In this document: positions 7,335 to 15,217 of the stretch, in pieces
Layout: each line of letters opens with the position of its first letter
Position numbering within the stretch: the first letter of the stretch is position 1
NCBI GenBank assembly: GCA_036267535.1
Contig: DATAVX010000105.1
Location: 237-64,236, forward strand
Origin: Steroidobacteraceae bacterium
GTDB lineage: Bacteria > Pseudomonadota > Gammaproteobacteria > Steroidobacterales > Steroidobacteraceae
Reading direction: 5' to 3'
Length of the DNA: 64,000 nt
Position numbers and translations under genes: made by a program
The notes under the pieces: model-generated
What the model was told of the DNA's origin: nothing
Databases searched by the model: none
What the model saw: the letters and a program-made list of their open reading frames with translations, nothing else

Positions 7335-9620
7335 CTACTGCCTAATTGGAATGTCGACATAGCTGTCGCCGTACCATCGAACCTTAATGGGTATCTTGCC
7401 GTCCGCCACGGATTCTTCACTCACATCGCCGCCGGTGCCGTAGTTGATCTCTCGATCGGGGCGCTTGGCGACGCTCAGCACGATGGCGAGACGGCTACCC
7501 GGCTGCAGCTGCCGGCTCGTCATGCGCTCGCTCTTGAAGGAGAGCTTTTGCCGTTCTCCCGCCTTCAGTAGATGCCGATGAACCCGGTCCGGCGCATAGC
7601 TCGCGCGCATCTCGTAGGTCGGACTGAAGAGTCGAATGTAGTCGCCGCTCGGAAGTTGCTCGTACAACGTGATGTTCAGGTCCAGATCCATTTTATTGAC
7701 CGCGAAATCAAGGCGGCCGGAAAACAAGCCATTAATGATGATCGTCTTGGTGAGCGGCTCGCTTACGAAGATCGCGCCGTGGCGGGGGGCGAGGCTTTTG
7801 CTGATGTAATCCGTGGGCGGCGTCCAAGCCGCGTCCTTGCGCTCAACAAGGTTCACGACCTGTTGAACGGCGCCATCGCCCGGTTTCTTGTGCAGATTCA
7901 GCCGATGATTTCCAGCAATGACCGCGGCATCCAGGTAGTAGCGCTGTGAAGCATTCGCTGTTCCCTCCAGTGATCCGGCGTGGTGCCACTCGTTTGCGCC
8001 CATCACCTCGTAATTGACCGGGGCGGACAGCAGCGCCGGCAGCGCCGTGCCTTTGAGAACATGATCAAGCCACTCGAAGCGCAGCTCTCGCAAGTCGACG
8101 AGCGCCGCGGGATCCACTTGATACCCATGCAAATTGGCTGAGGGCCCAGCGCGCATCGCGTCGGCGTCATATGGACCGATGAGCAGAGTGTGATCCGCAT
8201 GCGGGTTGTACTGATGATGCTGCGTGAAATAATAAAGATCGCCCGGAGCGGCGGCGGCGTAGTAACCGCTCATCGTGAGCACCGGAATGTTGATGTGCGA
8301 AAACTGTCGACGGTATGGCACGAACTTCTGCCAGTAGCCGTCGTAGCTCGGATGATTGAGCCAACGAATGAAAATCGGGTTGTGTTTTCCGTACAGCCGG
8401 CCCATGTCTCGATAACGCCTGCCGCTGCGGTACCACTTCTCGTCGAGGGCGTGCCACTTTGCGGCGTCTTCCTTCTCATTCACATCCGCCGCGCCATCCT
8501 CGTTCATCCGCAAAGACCAGCCATACGCCGCGTTCTGAAAAATATTGCCGGCCATCGGGAAATTGATTCCGGGTGCGCTTGCTGCAAAAGTGGCTATGGC
8601 CTTGAGCGCCGGCGGCAAGCGCTTGGCGGCGGCCCATGGCGCAAAGCCGCTGTAGCCATCGCCGTACATTGCCACCCGGCCGTCGCTCCAGGATTGCTTC
8701 GCGATCCAATCAATCGCCAGGCGCGCATTGGCTCCGACCAGATCCAAAGGATCGATGCCGCCCGGAGGCTTCGGTTTCCCGACCGTGAAGGCGACCACGC
8801 CCGCATAGCCGCGCGCGGCGCATTCCTTGGCATAGTTCTGTGATTCATCAGCGGCGAATTCAAGAAGCGCCGGCATGGACTTCGCCCCGCCGTTTGGACG
8901 AACCACAACGATTGAGATATCGGTTCCACCAGAACCCTTGATATGGACGCCGCTGTCGCTGGTATAGCGCCGATGGTCATCCTCCGCATTCAAGAGCACT
9001 ACCAGCGAACCGAAAGTCCGATAAGCATCAAAGGACACATACTTCCAAATCAGGTCAATTGCTTCGGACTCATCGACACTGTCCTTGCCGCGATACTGAT
9101 CCAAGTCTCTTTGCAAGGCTTCGCGATATGTCGCGGGGGACGCGCCGAGCCAGTGCGCGACGGCGAAGGCGTCGCGGTCATCCAGGCGCCGTACGGTTTC
9201 CCGGTACGTGGCGGTAAATGACTCGGCGAAAGTGATACGGCGTTCAGTTTCCACGGCCTTGGCGTGGGCGTACATGTCGAATATCACGGCGCGCCCTATC
9301 GGATGCCCGAAATCCGATTTTCGCCGCCGCTCGCGCAGCGATGACCTGGAAATGTCGGCGGCGGCGAAGTCGCCGACGGCCATTTGCAGCGCGGACAGAT
9401 TTGCCAGATATCGCTCTGGATCCGAGTCCTGATAGACGGGAATGAGCCGCGACGCCAAGTCGCTCATCGTCGCGGCGGTGGCGGCATCGAGCGGCGAAGC
9501 CGGCGCGCGGAAATCGAAATCCGGCGCGCTCCATCCTGGCGAGGCGAAGAAAAGCAGGGTCAGCACCGCAATTCGCATTCCGTGCAGGACGCGGGATCGA
9601 CGCAGTGGCAGCCGCTTCAT
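7335..9620 (-). CDS. CocE/NonD (peptidase S15 / X-Pro dipeptidyl-peptidase) fold protein with a signal peptide, an N-terminal helical extension, and an apparently absent catalytic triad
   Basis: Fold blocks are present: WIAKQSWSDGRVAMYGDGYSGFAPWAAA, LNHPSYDGYWQKF and LLIGPYD, plus a C-terminal jelly-roll region. The signal peptide is MRIAVLTLLFFASPGWSA. The start ATG overlaps the upstream ABC gene stop (ATGA). See the findings for the triad substitutions. Confidence 0.85.
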   Translation of the reverse strand: MKRLPLRRSRVLHGMRIAVLTLLFFASPGWSAPDFDFRAPASPLDAATAATMSDLASRLIPVYQDSDPERYLANLSALQMAVGDFAAADISRSSLRERRRKSDFGHPIGRAVIFDMYAHAKAVETERRITFAESFTATYRETVRRLDDRDAFAVAHWLGASPATYREALQRDLDQYRGKDSVDESEAIDLIWKYVSFDAYRTFGSLVVLLNAEDDHRRYTSDSGVHIKGSGGTDISIVVVRPNGGAKSMPALLEFAADESQNYAKECAARGYAGVVAFTVGKPKPPGGIDPLDLVGANARLAIDWIAKQSWSDGRVAMYGDGYSGFAPWAAAKRLPPALKAIATFAASAPGINFPMAGNIFQNAAYGWSLRMNEDGAADVNEKEDAAKWHALDEKWYRSGRRYRDMGRLYGKHNPIFIRWLNHPSYDGYWQKFVPYRRQFSHINIPVLTMSGYYAAAAPGDLYYFTQHHQYNPHADHTLLIGPYDADAMRAGPSANLHGYQVDPAALVDLRELRFEWLDHVLKGTALPALLSAPVNYEVMGANEWHHAGSLEGTANASQRYYLDAAVIAGNHRLNLHKKPGDGAVQQVVNLVERKDAAWTPPTDYISKSLAPRHGAIFVSEPLTKTIIINGLFSGRLDFAVNKMDLDLNITLYEQLPSGDYIRLFSPTYEMRASYAPDRVHRHLLKAGERQKLSFKSERMTSRQLQPGSRLAIVLSVAKRPDREINYGTGGDVSEESVADGKIPIKVRWYGDSYVDIPIRQ

Positions 9621-11443
9621 TGCGGATTTCCGCCGTCAATGCGCGATGCAGCCCGCTCGCCGTCGCTGCCTGCGGACTCGGTCTTCGATGAATCCTTGGG
9701 CAACTTGATAAGGTGCAGGGTTGCGGAAAACAGATCGTGCGCCTCGCCGGCACTGCCCACGTGGATAATGCCCGTGTGCTTGAGCTCCTTGGTAAACACA
9801 TCAATGACCAGCGCGAGCACATCGTCATCGAGCAATCCGAAGGTTCCGTCGATGAGCACCCAGGGCGGCATCTGTATCAGCATGCGCGCAAATACCAGGC
9901 ATAGCTGTTCGTCCTGGCTCAGCTCGCGGTCCCAGCGGCGAGTCTCATCGACCAGCGGCGCGAGGCGTTCGAGACCCAAGCGGAACAACGCGCGCGTAAA
10001 GGCGTCGGCGGTGAAATTCTCGGCCTTCAAAGGATACGCAAGCACCTCTCGCAGGCTGCCTCGCGGCAAGTACGGGGTGCCGCGCGGCAAATAGAATATC
10101 TGCTCGCCCTGGGGGCGCGTGACGCGGCCCGAACCCCAGGGCCACAAGCCTGCCAGGGCGCGGAAGAACTGGGTCTTTCCCGTTCCCGGCGCCCCCAGAA
10201 TGAGCACGCGCGAGCCGGCCTCGACGACCACTTTCAATTCCCGCAGCTTGTCGGCATGCGCAGAGGAAGTGCTCTCGAGTTTTTCCATCATGATTCTGCC
10301 CGGATCGCCTTCCGCGTACACGATGCGGCTTTCAAAACCGCGCGGCTCGTCGGTGGAAACGACGGCGTGGCGAAAAGTGGCCACGCGCAGCAATGTGGCG
10401 CGCCAATCGGCAATCACGCTGAAATTGTCGACGAACCAGCGCAGCGAGGATTGCGCCTGGGTGAACGCGGCAGCGGCCATCATTAATCCGCCGAAGGAAA
10501 CTTTGCCGGTGAAATACAGCGGGGCGGCCACCAGGATCGGTGCCACGATGGTCACCCAGCCGAATCCGGCAGTAACCCATTCAAGATTTGTGTGGCCCCA
10601 AACGATGCGCCGTGTTGCGCGCAAAACATCCACCAGACGGCGTTCGATGCGGCGCCTCTCGTCTGCCTCGCCTTGCGCAAGCGATATATCGTCGACATGC
10701 TCGTTGACGCGGACCAGCGAGAAGCGCAGGTCAGCCTCTCGCGCGTAGCGCTCGGCGTTGCGATTGATGAGCCCCCGCCCAACCCAGTAGCTCACCAGCG
10801 AGCCCGCACTTGCGTACAGAATGGCCGCCCACAGCATGAATCCCGGAATAGAGTAATCTCGGTCGCCGAAATGAAGGGTAAAGGTGCTGGACAGCCCCCA
10901 CAGGATGCCGGCAAACGTGCCGAACAGGATAGAGGCCTGAAAAAGGCCGATTCCCAGTCCGCCCGAGAGCTCGCACAATTTTCTTGCGTCCTCGTGGATG
11001 CGCTGGTCCGGATTGACCCCCATCGTGCCGCTGCTGGCGAGCCAGAATGCCCGCCGCGGCAACAGCCAGTCGCGCAGCAGACTTCGAACCAGCCCCTCTC
11101 GCAGTCTCACCTGCAGCATCTCCGCGAGCCAGCGCTGCGTCACGTTGAGAGCAAGAATGCAGCCGGCGATCACGAAGAAAACGCCGAGTTGGAACAGGAA
11201 GTCCCTCAGGTCGCGCCGTGAGAGCGCATCGTAGAATGGCTTGTTCCAGCTATTGAGCCGGATCTGTCCGTACGCCGTGGCCAAGATGACAAGCACGATC
11301 GCCGTCAGGAGAACCGCGATTTTCTTGCCCACGCCGGAGCTGGAAATCGCGCGGATCATCAATGTCAGCTGCCGCAGGAAGCCTAAGTGCACTACTTTGG
11401 CATCCGGTGCAGTGCGCGGTTTTGTCGTCGCGGGATCTGTCAC
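9617..11443 (-). CDS. SbmA/BacA-type (YddA-like) ABC half-transporter, fused TMD and NBD, with a degenerate NBD
   Basis: The TMD block NSWNKPFYDALSRRDLRDF...RWLAEMLQVRLREGL is typical of the SbmA_BacA/ABCD-like family. The NBD has Walker A GAPGTGKT and LAGLWPWGSG. The other ATPase motifs deviate (see findings). Confidence 0.85.
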   Translation of the reverse strand: MTDPATTKPRTAPDAKVVHLGFLRQLTLMIRAISSSGVGKKIAVLLTAIVLVILATAYGQIRLNSWNKPFYDALSRRDLRDFLFQLGVFFVIAGCILALNVTQRWLAEMLQVRLREGLVRSLLRDWLLPRRAFWLASSGTMGVNPDQRIHEDARKLCELSGGLGIGLFQASILFGTFAGILWGLSSTFTLHFGDRDYSIPGFMLWAAILYASAGSLVSYWVGRGLINRNAERYAREADLRFSLVRVNEHVDDISLAQGEADERRRIERRLVDVLRATRRIVWGHTNLEWVTAGFGWVTIVAPILVAAPLYFTGKVSFGGLMMAAAAFTQAQSSLRWFVDNFSVIADWRATLLRVATFRHAVVSTDEPRGFESRIVYAEGDPGRIMMEKLESTSSAHADKLRELKVVVEAGSRVLILGAPGTGKTQFFRALAGLWPWGSGRVTRPQGEQIFYLPRGTPYLPRGSLREVLAYPLKAENFTADAFTRALFRLGLERLAPLVDETRRWDRELSQDEQLCLVFARMLIQMPPWVLIDGTFGLLDDDVLALVIDVFTKELKHTGIIHVGSAGEAHDLFSATLHLIKLPKDSSKTESAGSDGERAASRIDGGNPQ

Positions 11444-11538
11444 GGGTTCAGCGCCCCTCCTGTCGGACTTTACACGTATGCACGCGATGGCGTCCCGACC
11501 ACGTGTTATTCCTACACCCTGTCCGTCTCACAATGACA

Positions 11539-13065
11539 TCAGTTTCGCAGGATTGCGCGGAGCATCGACATCCCGCGGCGGATCTCGGTCAAATCCACCG
11601 TGCCATAGCCGAGCACCAGTCCGGCCCTGGTTGGCGGTCCCAGGAAGTATCTGCTCAAGGTATGCATTTTGACGTGCTGCTGTGCCAACGCGGCGCTCAC
11701 TGCCTCGAGATCAACACGAGTGAGAGGTTCGGCCGCAACATGCATGCCGTAGAGGCAGGGGACGGGCACCAGCCATTCGCTCAAGGTGTCCCGCAATGAG
11801 CTCAACAGCAATTGTCGGCGCGCACGGTAGATCTCGCGCATTTTGGCGACATGGCGCGTCAGATGACCCTCGCTGATGAATGCGGCGACTGCGCTTTGAA
11901 TCGGCGTCGCGCAATGCCAATCGAAGCAATTTTTAGCGGCGGTCAAAGTATTGATAGCCCAGCTCGGGGCGACGATGAAACCGAGGCGCAACGCCGGCAG
12001 CATGCATTTTGAGAATGTGCCGACATAGAAGACCACGTCCATCGCACGCACCGCACGCAGCGCCGCGAGCGGGCTGCCCTCGTACCGAAACTCCCCGTCG
12101 TAGTCATCCTCGATGATCACCGCGCCGTGTTCGCGAGCAAATTCGAGCAGCGCCTCGCGCCGGCGCATCGACATGGTGATGCCCAGAGGGAATTGGTGCG
12201 ACGGAGTCACGCAGATGATGCGTACGCCGGGCGGCAGCCGTTCGACCATCAGACCTTCTGCATCGACGCCGATGGGAACCAGCCGGGCGCCCGCAGCTGC
12301 AAATGCCACGCGCATCGGCGGATAGCCCGGATCCTCCAGCGCAACGATGGTTTCGTCGGGTGTGACCAGCGCTCGGGCAAGCAGATCGAATGCCTGCTGC
12401 GCTCCGGAGGTCACGAGTATTTCCTCGGCCTCGCAAGCCACGGCACGCGTGATGGCAATGTGCCTGACGATCGCCTTGCGAAGATAGAAGTTGCCCTGAT
12501 TGCCCTGCGGGCTTTTGTAGCTCGCCGGTTTCCTTTCCAGGCCTCGCAGTTGCTTGGCGCTAACGCGCCGAAATACGTCCAGCGGAAAAAGCCTGGAGTC
12601 GACCATCGCAGGACGAAAATCGATCAGCGCGCCTTTGCGCGTGAGTGGCTCGGCTTCGGGCGGGTCGCGCCAGAAACTCATTGCCGCCGTAACGTCGGGA
12701 CGCAGCCAAAATCCGTTTATCCGATGCCGCAATGGCTGTTCCGCCGAAGGCCGCGTTGTTGCAGCCCGCGGCGGAATTATTTCCGCAACGTAGGTACCCG
12801 CACCGTGCCGGGTGACCGCGTGACCCTCCGTCACCAACCTCTCATAGACTTCTGCGGCGGTATTGCGCGAGACGCCGAAGAACTCAATCGATCTTCGCGT
12901 GGCGGGCAATTTTATGCCTGCCGCCAGGCGTCCATCGACGATGGCGGCTTTTAACTCACCATGCAGCGTCCGCGAGGATTCTCGTGAGCCGGCCGGCTCG
13001 AGATCGAGCTTAATCTCGAAAAAAGGCTCGAATGCCTGTCTACGCCGTGAGCGAGAGTGGCCCAA
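11539..13065 (-). CDS. MocR/PdxR-type regulator (GntR winged helix fused to a fold-type-I aminotransferase-like domain)
   Basis: The N-terminal wHTH reads LPATRRSIEFFGVSRNTAAEVYERLVTEGHAVTRHGAGTYV. The C-terminal PLP-fold carries the Lys motif GTFSKCMLPALRLGF. Confidence 0.9.
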   Translation of the reverse strand: MGHSRSRRRQAFEPFFEIKLDLEPAGSRESSRTLHGELKAAIVDGRLAAGIKLPATRRSIEFFGVSRNTAAEVYERLVTEGHAVTRHGAGTYVAEIIPPRAATTRPSAEQPLRHRINGFWLRPDVTAAMSFWRDPPEAEPLTRKGALIDFRPAMVDSRLFPLDVFRRVSAKQLRGLERKPASYKSPQGNQGNFYLRKAIVRHIAITRAVACEAEEILVTSGAQQAFDLLARALVTPDETIVALEDPGYPPMRVAFAAAGARLVPIGVDAEGLMVERLPPGVRIICVTPSHQFPLGITMSMRRREALLEFAREHGAVIIEDDYDGEFRYEGSPLAALRAVRAMDVVFYVGTFSKCMLPALRLGFIVAPSWAINTLTAAKNCFDWHCATPIQSAVAAFISEGHLTRHVAKMREIYRARRQLLLSSLRDTLSEWLVPVPCLYGMHVAAEPLTRVDLEAVSAALAQQHVKMHTLSRYFLGPPTRAGLVLGYGTVDLTEIRRGMSMLRAILRN

Positions 13066-13179
13066 TTATTTTTCCTCCAAGTGGCCCTTCAGGAGAGGGT
13101 TGCCACGGTCGCAAAATCTCACCGATGACAGCTTAGCGCCGGCGGGGGCGCGACGGCCCATTCTTGGCTAGAAATATTC

Positions 13180-13686
13180 ATGGAGACGGCGATGCAGTTC
13201 TCAAAATCGATCGCGATCGGCCTTCTGACCGCCGGCGCCGGGATGTGGATTGCACCCTCGAGCGCGTCGGGCGAGGCGGCTGACCCCTTCTCTGGGGGCT
13301 CCAAATCGATCGAACTGGATGGCATCGTCACAGTGCGAAAAGTCTGGGGTGGACGTGCCCAATTGGAAGAGATCGAGACCGACGGTCCGAACGGACATTG
13401 GGAAGGCTTGACATTGTTTCTCTACGATCCAGCCGCACATCAGTGGCGCCAGTCCTTTGTCAACAGCGAACAAGGCGTTCTCGCACCGCCGCTGGTCGGA
13501 TCCTTCAAGAATGGCCGCGGCGCATTGTTTGCTTCCGATACGTTCAAAGATCGGTCGATCCTGGTGCGCGGGGTGTGGTCGGACATCAAATCAGACTCGC
13601 ATCACTACGAGGAATCGTACTCGGGCGACGGCGGCAAGACCTGGATGCCGGCCTTTATTGCCGATCTCAGCCGAGAAAAGCCATGA
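13180..13686 (+). CDS. Secreted hypothetical protein (beta-rich, DUF1579-like pattern)
   Basis: The signal peptide is MQFSKSIAIGLLTAGAGMWIAPSSASG. The C-terminal ...EESYSGDGGKTWMPAF is typical of small secreted beta-barrel proteins. The gene is divergent from the MocR gene. The start could instead be ATG 13192. Confidence 0.6.
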   Translation: METAMQFSKSIAIGLLTAGAGMWIAPSSASGEAADPFSGGSKSIELDGIVTVRKVWGGRAQLEEIETDGPNGHWEGLTLFLYDPAAHQWRQSFVNSEQGVLAPPLVGSFKNGRGALFASDTFKDRSILVRGVWSDIKSDSHHYEESYSGDGGKTWMPAFIADLSREKP

Positions 13687-13714
13687 ACGGCGCGCAACAC
13701 CTTTGGCGCCGTTC
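13685..13714 (+). terminator. Candidate intrinsic terminator hairpin
   Basis: A 9-bp perfect stem GAACGGCGC / GCGCCGTTC with a 12-nt loop starts inside the stop codon of the 13180-13686 gene. It is followed by TTCT, which is a weak U-tract. Confidence 0.35.
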
Positions 13715-13863
13715 TTCTGGCGCGCTGCTCAGGGCGGTCTGCATTTTGTCCTACCGGGGCGTGTAGGACATTCCCGACGTCCGGTTAAGTGCTTCGGCCT
13801 TGCGAATTGCGCGCCCAGAGGAGGATAAGTCAGCTTCAACATCTACAACAACAAGGATTGCCG

Positions 13864-14502
13864 ATGTCGCGAGTACTGATTGCCGACGATCATGCCGTTG
13901 TGAGGGCGGGTTACAGGCAATTTCTCGAGGCCGAAGCCGGTATCACGGCAATCGGCGAGACCGCCAGCGGCAATGAGACGTTGGACCAGTTGCGTCAACA
14001 GCCGTGGGACCTGCTGCTGATGGACATCCACATGCCCGACCGCAGCGGCCTGGATATTCTGAAGCATGTCACCAGCGGTTTCCCCAAGGTGCGCGTGCTT
14101 ATCATGAGCGGACTACCCGAGGCCCAGTATGCTCGTAACGTGCTTCGCGCCGGCGCCAGCGGCTACCTTTCCAAGGGCGGCTCGCCGGAGGAACTATTGA
14201 AAGCGGTGCGCACCGTGCTGGTCGGACGCCGCTACGTCAGCGCTGCCCTCGCCGAAGCGATGGCCGCCGATCTCGAATCCGACCACGATCAAAATCAGCC
14301 TTTACACGAAAGACTATCCGTCCGAGAGTTCCAAATCTTCGGCAAATTGGCAGCCGGGTCCGGCGTCGGGGAAATAGCCGATGAATTGAGCCTGAGCGTC
14401 AAAACGGTCAGTACGTATCGATCGCGAATTCTGGAGAAGATGAATTTCAGCAGCAACGCGGACATGACGGCGTACGCACTGCGCAACGGCCTCATTTTAT
14501 AG
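13864..14502 (+). CDS. NarL/FixJ (LuxR-type) response regulator, with no adjacent histidine kinase
   Basis: The receiver domain reads VLIADDHAVVRAGY...DLLLMDIHMPDRSG...KVRVLIMSG. The LuxR HTH reads LSVREFQIFGKLAAGSGVGEIADELSLSVKTVSTYRSRILEKM. The start is taken at the internal ATG 13864. Confidence 0.9.
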   Translation: MSRVLIADDHAVVRAGYRQFLEAEAGITAIGETASGNETLDQLRQQPWDLLLMDIHMPDRSGLDILKHVTSGFPKVRVLIMSGLPEAQYARNVLRAGASGYLSKGGSPEELLKAVRTVLVGRRYVSAALAEAMAADLESDHDQNQPLHERLSVREFQIFGKLAAGSGVGEIADELSLSVKTVSTYRSRILEKMNFSSNADMTAYALRNGLIL

Positions 14503-14530
14503 TTGGGATCGGCTTGTAGTTCGGATCGGC

Positions 14531-15217
14531 CTACCGCCTCGGAACGATTGGCGCAACATTGGCATTTGATACCCAGCCGGAGCGGCCGGCCCGCGTCAGA
14601 ATGAGCGTGTATCCCTCGTGCTGGGCGGCGAGCTTGACGGTTTCGCCTTCCGCCAGAGTAAATAAGGCATCCCCCATCGGCACCGGAGAGACCCGGACCG
14701 GGGTTGCCGCCACAATCACAACTCCTGAATGCAACCTTGGCCACAGCGCAATGCCATTGCAGACGGTCAGACTCACCATGCACAATCCCAATAGGACACC
14801 GGCATGGCGCAAGCGCCGATACCGCGCCGTAGATCGTCCCAACAGCATGCATGCGCCCGCCATCGTCAAACCCACAATGCCGAGCCACGATAGAACGGAG
14901 GGACTGGCGATTCCGGCAATGCGATCGAAGGTGCTGCGCGTTGCGGGAGGCAAATGCGCGGAAGCACGCACAAACTGCAAGTTGGCCGCCACATCCGGAT
15001 CATCCGGCACGAGCAATCCCGCGCGCTCGTAATTGAGCACCGCCATGCCTGGTTTGCCGGCGCGCGCATAGGAATTCGCGAGATTGTAGAGGTCCGCGGC
15101 GGAATAGCCGGCCGGCGCCTGCGGCGGAGCCGCACGCGCCTGAAGGGGGCCCAGCAGCAAGCCAGCGCCGGGCAGCAAGCAAGCAAACAGACACAAGGCG
15201 CGTGCCCATGCGCTCAT
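14531..15217 (-). CDS. BatE-like TPR plus SH3 domain membrane protein (last gene of the Bat-type operon)
   Basis: After a signal peptide come a TPR unit (AADLYNLANSYARAGKPGMAVLNYERA), TM helices, and a C-terminal SH3-like region (VRVSPVPMGDALFTLAEGETVKL...GWVSNANV). The start ATG overlaps the batD stop (ATGA). Confidence 0.7.
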   Translation of the reverse strand: MSAWARALCLFACLLPGAGLLLGPLQARAAPPQAPAGYSAADLYNLANSYARAGKPGMAVLNYERAGLLVPDDPDVAANLQFVRASAHLPPATRSTFDRIAGIASPSVLSWLGIVGLTMAGACMLLGRSTARYRRLRHAGVLLGLCMVSLTVCNGIALWPRLHSGVVIVAATPVRVSPVPMGDALFTLAEGETVKLAAQHEGYTLILTRAGRSGWVSNANVAPIVPRR

